A DNA stretch of 62,593 nucleotides, counting the filler. It is 7 parts of 7 records of this genome, joined end to end, with 100 filler letters (N's around TTAATTAATTAA, not from the genome) between each part and the next. Parts side by side here need not be neighbours in the genome. Positions count along the whole stretch, not along the records: positions 15,890 to 38,021 come from DRR723986_28651; 6 more parts are not named here. The stretch is one strand, 5' to 3'. The translations under genes were made by a program, and so were the position numbers. Positions 20,452 through 31,227 of the stretch are shown here, piece by piece. A model generated the notes under the pieces. That model saw nothing but the letters and a program-made list of their open reading frames with translations. It did not search any database and had not been told where the DNA came from. Position 1 is the first letter of the stretch. Every line of letters starts with the position of its first letter.

Positions 20452-21321
20452 GGACGGAGTTTCCATCCGCGGGCCAAGCTTTTCAATTGGAAAAGCCTCC
20501 AGAGCCGGAATCTGCGGCAGTTCCCGGCGTACCAACTGATGAAACTCACGAGCCAGATGCGGCGCATGGTGATCGTTCGGCGTGTGGATGAAGATATAGG
20601 GTTTGATTCCACTGCGGATCCACGCAACCGTTCGGGCAGCCCATTCTTCCAGCAGACTTCTGGATTCAGCAAAATCATTTGAACCGATGAAACGCAGAAA
20701 TGGACTTCCTCCACTACGTTCATGCCGCAGTGGGATTTTGGGTTTGCGAGATTTGGCAACTCTTGTATCTTCGTCCTGTACTTTTGAGCCGTGCAGGGCG
20801 CGCGAGTCGAAGAACACACGACCGATATTCAGCTCGTGTAAAAGCTCGTCCAGGGCTGCTTCGGTGTCGCCTCTGTCAAAATAGTCCTGATGGCGCAACT
20901 CCACGTTATATGTAAATTCGCCTGGCAAACTCCGCAGGAAATCCTCCAGATTGTCAAATTCAGCTGCGCTGAATGTTGGCGGCAATTGCAGGAACGTTGG
21001 CCCCAGCCTGTCTTTAACCAGGTGCAAAGCATCCAGGAAAGTTTGTAGTGCTGCCTGGGCATTCAGCAGGCGCCGGTCGTGGCTGATTTCACGCGGAAAC
21101 TTAAAGCAGAAGCGGAAGGATTCAGGCACGGCACTGCGCCAGCGCAACAGGCTCTCACGGCGCGGAATCCCATAAAAACTGGTGTTGCCTTCTACGGTGT
21201 TAAACACGCCGGCGTACTGTTCCAGGTAGATTTTGCCGCGGCTTTTGGGAGCAAAGAAGTTTTTGCTCCAATATGAATTGCTCCACTCCGGGCATCCGAG
21301 GTAATAATCCGGTTTTTGCAT
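20440..21321 (-). CDS. DUF72 (YecE-like) protein
   Basis: LGCPEW, FNTVEGNTSFY, FCFKFP, FLQLPP and ELRH. Start placed at MQKPDYY. Confidence 0.9.
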   Translation of the reverse strand: MQKPDYYLGCPEWSNSYWSKNFFAPKSRGKIYLEQYAGVFNTVEGNTSFYGIPRRESLLRWRSAVPESFRFCFKFPREISHDRRLLNAQAALQTFLDALHLVKDRLGPTFLQLPPTFSAAEFDNLEDFLRSLPGEFTYNVELRHQDYFDRGDTEAALDELLHELNIGRVFFDSRALHGSKVQDEDTRVAKSRKPKIPLRHERSGGSPFLRFIGSNDFAESRSLLEEWAARTVAWIRSGIKPYIFIHTPNDHHAPHLAREFHQLVRRELPQIPALEAFPIEKLGPRMETPSLFG

Positions 21322-21449
21322 AGGGACTACAACGAACATGATTTTACTTGCGTGCAGCCTAAAATGTGACCTGCACCAGGAGAATGGCATCATCCGCTCA
21401 ACCGCCAAACAAAACCAATCTGCAATCCAACAACTGCAAGGTGAGACGA

Positions 21450-22055
21450 ATGTCCAGCAACAGCACTGATTTCGACAAACAATTGGAAGTTCTGGAAAAA
21501 GACATCAGTGGCTTACACGCCAAACGCAAAGAGCTACTGAAAAACAAGTTCAACATTGAACAGGTGCAAGACTACACCTTCCAGGGACCGGACGGTGCAA
21601 TTACACTTAACGAACTCTTTGGCGAGCGCCAGGACCTGATTGTGATTCACAACATGGGCAAAAGCTGCCCATACTGCACACTTTGGGCCGATGGGTTTAA
21701 CGGCCTGGCTGAACACTTTCAGGATCGTGCCCCATTTTTTGTGATTTCGCCCGACGATGCGGCAACGCAAGCTGAGTTTGCAGGCAGCCGCAACTGGCGA
21801 TTTCCGATGGTTTCGGCAGCGGATAACAGCTTTATTGACGACATGGGTTTTTATCAGAAAATGAACGACAAGTTCTACTACTGGCCCGGTATGTCAACGT
21901 TCCGCAAACATGACGACGGTCGTATCGAACGGCTGACGGCTGACTTTTTTGGACCTGGTGACACGTACAGCAGCATCTGGCACATGTTTGAGCTTTTGGC
22001 CGATGGACCCAATAACTGGCAACCGCGTTATTCGTATTCCGACAATGGGGTGTAA
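21450..22055 (+). CDS. DUF899 thioredoxin-fold protein
   Basis: LNELFG, HNMGKSCPYCTLWADGFNG and FGPGD. Confidence 0.85.
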   Translation: MSSNSTDFDKQLEVLEKDISGLHAKRKELLKNKFNIEQVQDYTFQGPDGAITLNELFGERQDLIVIHNMGKSCPYCTLWADGFNGLAEHFQDRAPFFVISPDDAATQAEFAGSRNWRFPMVSAADNSFIDDMGFYQKMNDKFYYWPGMSTFRKHDDGRIERLTADFFGPGDTYSSIWHMFELLADGPNNWQPRYSYSDNGV

Positions 22056-22112
22056 ATTGCCGTCCGGCAATTTGTGTGGGACTACAACACTTTCTCCTTT
22101 GGGAAAACAACG

Positions 22113-22835
22113 GTGAACAGAACACTTACATGCTTATTGTATGCCGCAGCGGCAGCATCACTGCTATTCGCTGCGGCCTGCACGACTACCAAATCCGGTA
22201 GTGACAAATCGGGCGACGACAAGATCGAGCGGGTTGAGCCGACACGTTATGAACTATACCTGGATCGCATAGAAGAAGGCGACACAGCCATTGATTTCCG
22301 TGACTTCCGTATGGCGTTTACGGAAACACCGCTCTACAATCCTTACAAAACAGAAGATTTAACGGGCAACGGCAAAATTGATCAGGCCAAGTCGGCACTA
22401 AAGGACTCCAACTTTAGGCGTGCCGCTGAAATTCTGGATGGTGTTCTGGCACTTTCTTACGTGGACATCCACGGACATCTGTATTCTATCGCAACACATG
22501 AAGGTTTAAAGGACGTAACCCGCGCGGGCCTGCATCGGTCAATGTACCGCGGGCTGGTTAAATCCATCTTTGCTTCCGGTGATGGGAAAACGCCCGCATC
22601 AGCGTTCGAAGTAATCTCAACCGATGAACTTTATTATGTTTTGTACCTGCTTGACCTGGAAACAATTGAACAGTCGCTCGTGCATCATAACGGTAGCGCA
22701 TTTGATTTGATGAAGACACGTTCTCGAAAAACCGGTGAGACTGTCGAACTGTATTTTAACATAGACCGGCAGGAGATGTTCATCAAGCAGAAGCTCCTCC
22801 CGCAGAATTCCAAGACCGACAATCCCAAGAAGTGA
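22113..22835 (+). CDS. DUF4919-like lipoprotein
   Basis: Lipobox FAAAC, SIFASGDGKTPASAFEVIS and LYFNI. Confidence 0.7.
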   Translation: MNRTLTCLLYAAAAASLLFAAACTTTKSGSDKSGDDKIERVEPTRYELYLDRIEEGDTAIDFRDFRMAFTETPLYNPYKTEDLTGNGKIDQAKSALKDSNFRRAAEILDGVLALSYVDIHGHLYSIATHEGLKDVTRAGLHRSMYRGLVKSIFASGDGKTPASAFEVISTDELYYVLYLLDLETIEQSLVHHNGSAFDLMKTRSRKTGETVELYFNIDRQEMFIKQKLLPQNSKTDNPKK

Positions 22836-22841
22836 TCTTCC

Positions 22842-24128
22842 ATGCCGCGACTGATATCAAAGATTGTGACCGCCGTTTCCACGGCGTGTATCTGCATTTT
22901 CCTGCATGCCTGCTCGGCCGAAGAGAAGGTGGCTCCCAAACCGCAGGCATTTGAACCTGTCAACCACTTCCTGGGAGTGGCAGCACCCGTTGAAGAATTA
23001 CGCAACCGCAATGCAGCCCTGAAAGCCCACTTGCTACCATATGCACATGTGTTGCCGGAAAAAGTACAGCCCGCATTCCGCAACTTAGTGCGCCAGGCTT
23101 TTGCTGATGATCAGCTATATCTGGCATTCTGCGGTTACCTGAACTCGCGCGTTGATGGAGACTCTCTGCTCGCAATTTCTGAATTCCTGCGTGATAAAAA
23201 CGGCCGGATGATGCGTGCACGCCTGGCCAAAGCTCTCGATCCTTCTCTGGCGGCGGTGCGCAAAGAATTTTCCGTCGAATTCCCCACAGATTCGGCTATG
23301 CTGTCCACGTATGCGCTCCTGGAAGCCGGTGCCGGAGTTGCAAATGCACACATTCTTGTTGCGGCCGCCGAGCCGACACTGGAGATCTTGAATACCGTGC
23401 AGCCGGATTCCCTTATGATGCAGGCGAACGATATAAGCTCCAGCCTGGATACCATGCAGCATAAGCTGCAGAACTTCCTGACATCTGAAGCGATGGAGGC
23501 GATCGCATTTGCCTACGGGACTATGGGAGCTGATTCGGTCAACCGTTATGCCGACTCCTTCCGCACGCCGCTGGCAGAGTGGTATGTTCGCCGCATTAAA
23601 GAAGCATACGCAGCCGTTTTTGGCGCTGCTATCACTGACTATCGCGATGCATTACAATCCTTTGCCGCAACGGGAGATGGCACGATCAGCCGTGGAAACT
23701 TACTGGCATTCACACAGAATTCGGTGTTGCCGGAGACGATCGTTGGAATTACGAGTGCGCAGGTAAATGGCCGCGAAGAACGCGCTTTTGTACGCGCAGC
23801 GCGCAATACAAAAGGCAACCTGTACCTCTCGCTTGAATTTAACAACATGTCTCCCGAATTGCAGCTGGATATTCAAACGCAGTTTAATGGTGAGGGCATG
23901 TATCCGATTTCAAAGGAACAGGCACAGATGATTTTGAATATGGAGGGCCTTCCGGAGCCATTCATTATTCAGCTGGATGCCAAGAGCGTTAATGAACTTT
24001 GGGTAAATCAGTACATGCGTGAAATAGGGCTTTTTGCTGGATCGTTCCACCTGGAGTTTGGCGGTGGAGATAAAGGGCAAGCTTTCACGTTTGACTGCCC
24101 CAATTTTGTTGCCAGTACAATCAACTAA
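22842..24128 (+). CDS. Hypothetical lipoprotein
   Basis: Lipobox LHAC in a long ORF that starts 6 bp after the previous gene. Confidence 0.65.
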   Translation: MPRLISKIVTAVSTACICIFLHACSAEEKVAPKPQAFEPVNHFLGVAAPVEELRNRNAALKAHLLPYAHVLPEKVQPAFRNLVRQAFADDQLYLAFCGYLNSRVDGDSLLAISEFLRDKNGRMMRARLAKALDPSLAAVRKEFSVEFPTDSAMLSTYALLEAGAGVANAHILVAAAEPTLEILNTVQPDSLMMQANDISSSLDTMQHKLQNFLTSEAMEAIAFAYGTMGADSVNRYADSFRTPLAEWYVRRIKEAYAAVFGAAITDYRDALQSFAATGDGTISRGNLLAFTQNSVLPETIVGITSAQVNGREERAFVRAARNTKGNLYLSLEFNNMSPELQLDIQTQFNGEGMYPISKEQAQMILNMEGLPEPFIIQLDAKSVNELWVNQYMREIGLFAGSFHLEFGGGDKGQAFTFDCPNFVASTIN

Positions 24129-24167
24129 GTCTGCAGGCTTGTGATTGGAAGCTGAAGGTGTCCGACT

Positions 24168-24782
24168 ATGAATCCACAGGATCGCTGGCAGAAGTTTTGC
24201 GCTCGGATGGGAGTTCAGTCCGGTATTGAGGATGTGTTTTCTGTGCTGGACCAGGGGTATGCCGCAAAAAACCGCTACTACCACAATTGGCAGCACATTA
24301 GCGAATGCCTGGAGCTTTTGGACCAGTTTGGTGACGTAAAGCAGACGTCGAAGGAGCTAATCGAATTTGCTATCTGGTTTCACGACGTAGTGTACGACTC
24401 ACGTGCAGCGCGGAATGAAGAACAGAGCGCCGAAATGGCATGCAGTTGCGCACAGCAGCTGGGAGTGTACACCGACCAACTACCTGAAATATCAGCATTG
24501 ATTATGGCAACCAAAGATCACATTGCTGTTAATGCGGCGGCGAAAGTTCTGATCGACATTGATTTGGCGATTCTCGGTGCGGATGAGGCACGATACGATG
24601 AGTATGAAGCTGATATTCGCCGTGAGTACGCCTGGGTTCCCGGAATCATTTTCCGCCGCAAACGGCGACAGGTTCTGCAGTCCTTCCTGGCGCGGGAGCA
24701 GATCTACCAAACGGCAAAATTGCACAGTACACATGAAGCGCAAGCGCGGGTTAACCTTCAGCGTGCCATCAGTGCTTTGTGA
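24168..24782 (+). CDS. HD-superfamily metal-dependent phosphohydrolase (COG4339-like)
   Basis: RYYHNWQHI, AIWFHDVVYD, DIDLAILG and IRREY. Confidence 0.88.
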   Translation: MNPQDRWQKFCARMGVQSGIEDVFSVLDQGYAAKNRYYHNWQHISECLELLDQFGDVKQTSKELIEFAIWFHDVVYDSRAARNEEQSAEMACSCAQQLGVYTDQLPEISALIMATKDHIAVNAAAKVLIDIDLAILGADEARYDEYEADIRREYAWVPGIIFRRKRRQVLQSFLAREQIYQTAKLHSTHEAQARVNLQRAISAL

Positions 24783-24800
24783 GTCCTGCAGGTTAGTAGC

Positions 24801-25211
24801 TCAGGCCTGAATGTGTTCCACGTATATGCAACGGTCCTGTACAAACGTGACTCCGGCGGCTTCGGCTGCAATGCGTGACTCCTCATTACTGATTCCCAGC
24901 TGCAACCAGATAACATCTACGTCACCGCGTTGCGCGCGGCGCTCCAGGGCTTCGTCCACTACCGGTGGCACCAGGGCGGAGGGCCTGAAAACATTTACCA
25001 TGTCAATACGATCGGGAACGTCCAGCAAACTTTTGTAGGCCTTCTGACCCAATATTTCATCCGCGTATGGATTGATTGGAATGATGTTGTACCCCTGCTG
25101 AAACATGTACAGGGGAACGCTATGAGCAGCTTTTGACGCAGCGCGGGACATGCCCCACACGGCTATATTTTTAACCTGATTAAAGATTATCGAATAATCG
25201 TGTGTTTGCAT
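24801..25211 (-). CDS. CoA-binding protein (YccU-like)
   Basis: IIPINP, DMVNVFR, WLQLGI and VQDRC. Confidence 0.9.
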   Translation of the reverse strand: MQTHDYSIIFNQVKNIAVWGMSRAASKAAHSVPLYMFQQGYNIIPINPYADEILGQKAYKSLLDVPDRIDMVNVFRPSALVPPVVDEALERRAQRGDVDVIWLQLGISNEESRIAAEAAGVTFVQDRCIYVEHIQA

Positions 25212-25293
25212 CTGTTTTCCTTAACAAGGCTGAACGGACTCTGTATGGATGGAAGTTTCCGGCCCGGTGCAAAACAAAAAAATCATGCTTATA

Positions 25294-25818
25294 TCAAGCG
25301 TCATGTTTAAAAATCACTGCGTCAATCCAGCCTTTTTGGCGGCGATGGTGTTCGTAATGCAAAACGGCCATCAGGAACCACTGGCGCGCATTGAGCCAAC
25401 CAAAAATGGGGTGTTTCAGACGCTGGTCTTCAGGTGCGTCTGCCAGAAAGGGAACCACGGCATGTGCCATCGTGAAATTGAGCTGTAAGGCTTTTAAAAT
25501 TTCACTCTGGTCAGCCGGTTGTTTGGGAACGTGTTCGTACTGCTGCGGTATGCGAATTTTCATCTGCGGAAAACTATCGCGTTCAAAGAGTGATTCCCCC
25601 ATGGCACTTAGCCCAATTTCGCTTACCGGTGCTTCCAGACAGCGTTTGGCCTGCTTAAAGAAAAACACGCCTGAATAGGTCACGTGTGCATAAACCTGAC
25701 CTAAGGTCCAGCTACTTTCATCATAACCCTGCAGAAGGTTTGCAGCGTTGTAGCGGTCAAGTTCGGTTTGCCAATAGGAGAGGGTCGTCTCCATGCGCTC
25801 TGCCAATTCCTGTGCCAT
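25294..25818 (-). CDS. DinB family protein
   Basis: WTLGQVYAH, HPIFGWLNARQW and HYEHHRRQ. Confidence 0.85.
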   Translation of the reverse strand: MAQELAERMETTLSYWQTELDRYNAANLLQGYDESSWTLGQVYAHVTYSGVFFFKQAKRCLEAPVSEIGLSAMGESLFERDSFPQMKIRIPQQYEHVPKQPADQSEILKALQLNFTMAHAVVPFLADAPEDQRLKHPIFGWLNARQWFLMAVLHYEHHRRQKGWIDAVIFKHDA

Positions 25819-25859
25819 GAGGTTCTACCCTTTATAAGTGAAATATCGAGTTTAATATT

Positions 25860-27041
25860 TTAGGCCTGGGCTGCCTGATAGACTGCTGCGGCTACCTTGG
25901 CGGCTACAGATTTGTCGAGGGGACTGGGAATCACCAAGTCCGCCGTCGGGTTTTTAACACTTTCGGCCAGGGCGTAGGCAGCGGCCAGCTTCATTTCGTT
26001 GCTGATGCGTTTGGCGCGTGCATCAACGGCACCACGGAAAATTCCGGGGAATGCGAGCACGTTGTTTACCTGATTCGGGAAATCACTGCGGCCGGTTCCC
26101 ACTACACAAGCGCCGGCGTCGTAGGCTGCCTGCGGCATAATTTCCGGCGTGGGGTTGGCCATTGCGAATACGATTGGGTTGGGATTCATGCTGCGGACCA
26201 TATCTGCGCTGAGAACACCACCAACGCTGACTCCAACAAACACGTCTGCTCCGCGGACTGCATCGGCAAGGCTGCCTTCGCGATTTTCCGCGTTGGTTAT
26301 CTGAGCCAGGCGCTGCTTGGCCTCATTGCCCTGAATGTCTGTACGCCTACGGTTGATGATTCCACGCGAGTCACACACGACAATGCTGCGGACGGAGGCG
26401 CATTTGTCCGGATCCTGGCTGCTGCAGAGCAGTAGCTCACTAATTGCCGTACCGGCAGCACCGGCACCGTTGATGACCAGGTTCAAATCTTCAATTTTTT
26501 TATCTGCAACCTTGGCGGCATTGATAAGAGCTGCAAGCAGGACAATCGCCGTACCGTGCTGATCATCATGAAAAACCGGAATGCCCAGATCCTGCAGTGA
26601 TTCTTCAATTTCAAAACAGCGTGGCGCAGAAATATCTTCCAGGTTTATCCCGGCAAACACAGGCGCCACGTTGCGTACCAGCTCAATAATCTCGTCGGAT
26701 GATTGCGTGCGTACGCACAGGGGAAAAGCATCAAGTCCGGCATACTCCTTAAACAGAATCGCTTTGCCTTCCATCACCGGAATTGCACCACTGGCGCCGA
26801 TATTGCCCAGCCCTAATACAGCGGAACCGTCCGAAACAATTGCTACAGTATTTTTTTTGAGTGTTAAATCATATGCCCTGGATTCGTCTTCGGCGATCGC
26901 TTTGGAAACGGCCGCCACACCCGGCGTATAGGCCAGAGAAAGGTCATATGTTGTGTTCAGGTTTACTTTGGAAGCAATTTCAAATTTGCCGCCGACTTTG
27001 GCATGCAGCTCAAGTGAGGCTTTATCAAGGTCGTTATTCAT
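25860..27041 (-). CDS. NAD(P)-dependent malic enzyme (short form)
   Basis: AYTPGVA, DGSAVLGLG, INLEDI, FHDDQHGT, GAGAAG and GRSDFPNQVNN. Confidence 0.95.
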   Translation of the reverse strand: MNNDLDKASLELHAKVGGKFEIASKVNLNTTYDLSLAYTPGVAAVSKAIAEDESRAYDLTLKKNTVAIVSDGSAVLGLGNIGASGAIPVMEGKAILFKEYAGLDAFPLCVRTQSSDEIIELVRNVAPVFAGINLEDISAPRCFEIEESLQDLGIPVFHDDQHGTAIVLLAALINAAKVADKKIEDLNLVINGAGAAGTAISELLLCSSQDPDKCASVRSIVVCDSRGIINRRRTDIQGNEAKQRLAQITNAENREGSLADAVRGADVFVGVSVGGVLSADMVRSMNPNPIVFAMANPTPEIMPQAAYDAGACVVGTGRSDFPNQVNNVLAFPGIFRGAVDARAKRISNEMKLAAAYALAESVKNPTADLVIPSPLDKSVAAKVAAAVYQAAQA

Positions 27042-27241
27042 TGGGTTCCGCAGGAGTCATTATGCAGTTGTTTCAGGCCGGAAATACGCCAGGATCCATT
27101 GAGAAGTTCCTGATGGCCAAAGCTTGTGCCTGTTTCCGTGGAGAGGCGACAAATCAATACCTTTTTTTCCAGCGCTAATCGTGTATGTTGTCGATGCGCA
27201 CTTCAATCCCGGTAACAGGCGACCACAAAACTTCATACCTG

Positions 27242-28591
27242 ATGGATATTACATATCGACTTTCGGCATTCTGTTTCTTGTTGTGTATGCTGCCCTCTGC
27301 AGCCTGCTTGCAGGCGGAGGAGTACGACGACGAAGACGAAATGATCGAGCTTCCAACCAAGATTGTTGGGATACGAGCTTATGGCGGACGTGACGAAACC
27401 CGTCCACCAATCGTGCAACTGGACACGCGTGCATCGCAGTATGGCGTTCCTCTGAGCAGTGATGTTGTTACGATTGAAATAGATGCGGTTGCCGACCTGC
27501 CCCCCTCGCTGTATGTGCAGTTTGTGCACTGTGATGCGCTGTGGAACGAATCGGATAACATATTCCTGAATGACCAATCGCTGCGCACATCAAATATAGA
27601 CTGGTTTCAGGCGGCGCAGCACAGCACGTACTTCTCACATCGCGGCGTATTACGCGTACCTGAACTGCAGATCCGCTTTGAATATTCGGGCAACTGGAAG
27701 GCCAAAGTTTTTGATTATGATGTTCCAGGTGAAGCTCAGGCTGAATGCCGTTTTTTTGTGGTTGAAGGCAGAACGCGCTGTGAAGTTGCGATATTCACCG
27801 ACTTTTACAATCCGCAAGCGCCGGTCAGTCCGGTAGCACATCAGCTGGATGCAGAGCTGAAAGCGCCGGCGAATATGTTTGACGACAGGCTGCATACAGT
27901 TGTCTTCTACCGCAATCACCGATGGTTTGAACCGATGGTTGTCAGCCAAAGTGGGGCTTTCAGCTTTTTCCCGCGGCAGCCTGGAGGCGGTGGTGCAAAA
28001 ACAACCGTTTTTGGATTTGCAGGTACCGTCAAACGATTTTCAATTCGTGAAGTTCCAACAGAAAATGCCTATCGCATTTTGGATTTGACTAATACGGCGC
28101 GCTTTCCTGTTTCGAGCGAAGCACTGCAGTCACCCTTTGCTGATCTGCGGCGGAACGGAGAATACTTTGACCTTGATGATGATGGCGCCCTGGTAACTCG
28201 CAACGTCTTTGCTTCTTACGATGATTACGTACCCTATGAGTTCATTTTTGATCCGGAAGGTACGCCTTCACGCCTGGACCTGTATGTAGCCGGCTCCTTT
28301 AACGGCTGGCGCGTTACACCCGCCTGGCAACTGCATTATGATGAAGAAAGCCGCCTCTATAAGTTGCGCCAATGGCTGCGGCGCGGTCGTCACAATTTCA
28401 TGTATGCAACCGGTGATCTGGATGTTGACTCAGGTGATGTTGATGAGCTGAATTTTGAAGAATACGAGGGCAACACTCAGTCTGCCGGACATACCTATCT
28501 TGGATTTGCATATTACCGCGAGCCCGGTTTTGGCGGCTATGATGCTCTTGTGGGCCTGGGTGCTGCAAATGTTTTTGGTACCGTCCGTTAG
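27242..28591 (+). CDS. DUF5103 / type IX secretion plug-domain-like protein
   Basis: Signal peptide, HCDALW, SGNWK, YVAGSFNGW and EGN...Y...YYR...YDALVG pattern typical of FCB-group DUF5103 proteins. Confidence 0.7.
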   Translation: MDITYRLSAFCFLLCMLPSAACLQAEEYDDEDEMIELPTKIVGIRAYGGRDETRPPIVQLDTRASQYGVPLSSDVVTIEIDAVADLPPSLYVQFVHCDALWNESDNIFLNDQSLRTSNIDWFQAAQHSTYFSHRGVLRVPELQIRFEYSGNWKAKVFDYDVPGEAQAECRFFVVEGRTRCEVAIFTDFYNPQAPVSPVAHQLDAELKAPANMFDDRLHTVVFYRNHRWFEPMVVSQSGAFSFFPRQPGGGGAKTTVFGFAGTVKRFSIREVPTENAYRILDLTNTARFPVSSEALQSPFADLRRNGEYFDLDDDGALVTRNVFASYDDYVPYEFIFDPEGTPSRLDLYVAGSFNGWRVTPAWQLHYDEESRLYKLRQWLRRGRHNFMYATGDLDVDSGDVDELNFEEYEGNTQSAGHTYLGFAYYREPGFGGYDALVGLGAANVFGTVR

Positions 28592-28607
28592 ACTTTTGCC
28601 GACTGGT

Positions 28608-29573
28608 TTAACGCAATTCTTCGTCTGCAAATATGGCGGTACGAACCTTACCTTCGGCATCGGAACTTGCACGATACATTCCGGGCGAGTTGCATAACAT
28701 AAACGGTGTTCCGTCGGCAGCGAGCGCAATCAAACCACCTTCACCTTTTACGGCGGCTACGGCCTCAAGTGCTTCACTTGCCGCCTGCTCAATTGACTGA
28801 TTGGCATAACGCATGCGAGCGGCCACGTCAAAAGCCGTATTACAGCGGATAAAAGCTTCACCTGTTCCTGTAGTAGAGACAGCACAGACACCATTTTGGG
28901 CATAAGTCCCCGAACCTATTAGCGCCGAGTCTCCAATTCTTCCAGCCGTTTTATTCGTCATTCCGCCAGTCGAAGTTGCCGCGGCTAAGTTGCCGGAACT
29001 ATCGAGTGCTACGGCTCCGACGGTTCCATGCCCGCCGCTTGAATCCGATTCCGGCGCTGAGTGATCCAGCGTCGGTGCATCTCCAGGGTTGTGTTTTAAC
29101 CAGTCCTGCCAACGGCGCTGTGTATAAAAATAACTGCCATCCACAATTTCGCATCCCTGCTGCCTTGCAAAATCCTCTGCTGCAGTACCGTGCAACAAGA
29201 CCGCCGAACTGTGATTCATTACCTGCCGCGCGGCCTGAATCGGATTTTTGATGCGTTTAACGGCTGCAAGAGCACCAGCACGGCTTCCGCGACCATCCAT
29301 GATGGAAGCGTCCATTTCAAATTGACCTAATGCACTGATTACTGATCCACGACCGGCATTAAACAGAGGTGAGTCCTCCATGGCACTCACGGCAAGTTCT
29401 ACTGCGTAAAGAGCACTACCGCCTTCAATCAAACACTGCAGAGCACCAGCAATTGCCGCTTTTAACCCAGTTCGCATTTCAAGTTCCCGTGCGGGCTCAA
29501 GCCGCTCACGTCGTATGTCTCCGGCACCGGCGTGTATAATGATTCTGGGTGTAATGATCCTGGGCATACTCAT
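28608..29573 (-). CDS. iaaA: Isoaspartyl peptidase / L-asparaginase
   Basis: HAGAG, FNAGRGS, MDASIMDG, autocleavage site G/TVGAVA, TSTGG and GRIGDS. Confidence 0.95.
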   Translation of the reverse strand: MSMPRIITPRIIIHAGAGDIRRERLEPARELEMRTGLKAAIAGALQCLIEGGSALYAVELAVSAMEDSPLFNAGRGSVISALGQFEMDASIMDGRGSRAGALAAVKRIKNPIQAARQVMNHSSAVLLHGTAAEDFARQQGCEIVDGSYFYTQRRWQDWLKHNPGDAPTLDHSAPESDSSGGHGTVGAVALDSSGNLAAATSTGGMTNKTAGRIGDSALIGSGTYAQNGVCAVSTTGTGEAFIRCNTAFDVAARMRYANQSIEQAASEALEAVAAVKGEGGLIALAADGTPFMLCNSPGMYRASSDAEGKVRTAIFADEELR

Positions 29574-29671
29574 TGTGAGCGTTCCTGTCTAACTGCGTGT
29601 ATGCGCGCCGTCACAAGCCTTTGACGATTTAACATACACAGTGTTTGTATTATCGAAAAAACGGGTTGCCT

Positions 29672-30424
29672 TTAACTTTTGGCGGACTTGAGCAAAGCAA
29701 GCAATCCAGCGCCGACCAGATCCGGAAGTAAACGAGTATTAAGTTTAAGGTCCTGCAACTGAGCATAGAGCAATTCAGCCGCGCCACCAGTCACAAAGAT
29801 TGTTGGTGTTGCCCCAGATTGAGCCTCAAGCAGCAGGTTGCGACATATGGTAGCAACGGCACCCGCGGCTCCACGCACAACGCCAACCATAATGGCCTGC
29901 TCTGTTGTAGCACCACGCCAAATCGACGTACTTCTTGCCGTCAAAAGAGGTAATCCGCCCGTATAATCGTGCAAAGCCCGCATCTGGGTTGCAAGGCCGG
30001 GAAGTATAGCACCACCGCGGCATACGCCATTTGCATCGACAGTATTTATCGTGATTGCCGTTCCACAGTCAACCGTGATTATTGGTGGTGGACCAACGAT
30101 CATTGCGCCAATCAGTCCCAGCTTGCGATCATCACCCATTCCGGTTACCGCTCCAAAATTGATTGGAGAATGCAGAACCAGTAAACGGCGCGCCGCAATC
30201 AACTCTCCCAGATTGGCAGCCGGCCAGGCCGAATGCAGCGAATCATGTGCGGCAGGGTTAACAGAAGAAACGCCAAGCCGCAATAACTGACCGCCGCGCT
30301 GCTCTTCCAGTTCAGTAAACAGGGCCCCAGGCCAGGAGTCATCATAGCTGAAAATGAGTGGCTGCGGACGCCCCACATAGAAGAGTTTTGCGCGGCTATT
30401 GCCCAAATCAAGCGCGGCTATCAT
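29672..30424 (-). CDS. coaX: Type III pantothenate kinase
   Basis: DLGNSRAK, GDDR, VDCGTAIT, GGAILPG and TGG. Confidence 0.92.
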   Translation of the reverse strand: MIAALDLGNSRAKLFYVGRPQPLIFSYDDSWPGALFTELEEQRGGQLLRLGVSSVNPAAHDSLHSAWPAANLGELIAARRLLVLHSPINFGAVTGMGDDRKLGLIGAMIVGPPPIITVDCGTAITINTVDANGVCRGGAILPGLATQMRALHDYTGGLPLLTARSTSIWRGATTEQAIMVGVVRGAAGAVATICRNLLLEAQSGATPTIFVTGGAAELLYAQLQDLKLNTRLLPDLVGAGLLALLKSAKS

Positions 30425-31215
30425 GGTTGTGCGTCTTCTTCGTTCAGGTCATAAACTATCGAGTCGCCATTGTCAATTATTCGCTCGCTGCTGTCCTGTA
30501 GATGGGATAAGCGCAGCCGGCCATCCGGCAGCATCTCCAGCACACGCCATTCGCTCTTGTCTTCACGCATCGTAACACAGCGCTGTTCCAGCTTCAATTC
30601 GCGGCGCCAGGCCTCCATCAATGTATCGGCCCCACGCGTCAGCAAAAATGTGACGTTTTGAATCAGAGACTCACAGAGATTGTCAATGTCTACCTGATAA
30701 CCAATTTGCTGCAGTGAAGTCGCTTTGGATTGCAAACCATCGCTGAATTCTCGCTGACCAACGTTAATTCCAATACCTAGTACTGTCGATATACAGTTAC
30801 TGCCCATAAACTCATGCTCAACCAACACACCACTGAGCTTGCGCCATTCACCTGGCGCCACCGAACCATAAATGTCATTCGGGTATTTTAGGCGTAGTGA
30901 AATTTTGGGTGCATGCTGTTGAATCGCCGTCTGTACTGCCAGGCAGCCAGCTACCTGGTAGGCAATCAGTGCCTGCATCTCGGGAGATTTCTGGTGTTTG
31001 ATTCCAAATGAACAGTATATATTTTCGCCGTGATCACCTATCCACGAAGATTGGTTGCGGCCGCGGCCTTTCCACTGAAAATCTGCTGTTACTATGACGT
31101 TGGACTTTTCGCGCAGTAATTCACGAGCATAGTCGTTCGTCGAAGATATTCTGTGAAAATGGAAGCGCTGAAAATTCGCTTCGGGATGTATGCTTGATGT
31201 GTTCGAACTACTCAC
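30421..31215 (-). CDS. birA: Biotin--protein ligase (no HTH)
   Basis: SSTND, QWKGRGR, KYPND, KLSGVL and GIGINV. Exact start uncertain. Confidence 0.9.
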   Translation of the reverse strand: MSSSNTSSIHPEANFQRFHFHRISSTNDYARELLREKSNVIVTADFQWKGRGRNQSSWIGDHGENIYCSFGIKHQKSPEMQALIAYQVAGCLAVQTAIQQHAPKISLRLKYPNDIYGSVAPGEWRKLSGVLVEHEFMGSNCISTVLGIGINVGQREFSDGLQSKATSLQQIGYQVDIDNLCESLIQNVTFLLTRGADTLMEAWRRELKLEQRCVTMREDKSEWRVLEMLPDGRLRLSHLQDSSERIIDNGDSIVYDLNEEDAQP

Positions 31216-31227
31216 GGACTAGATACA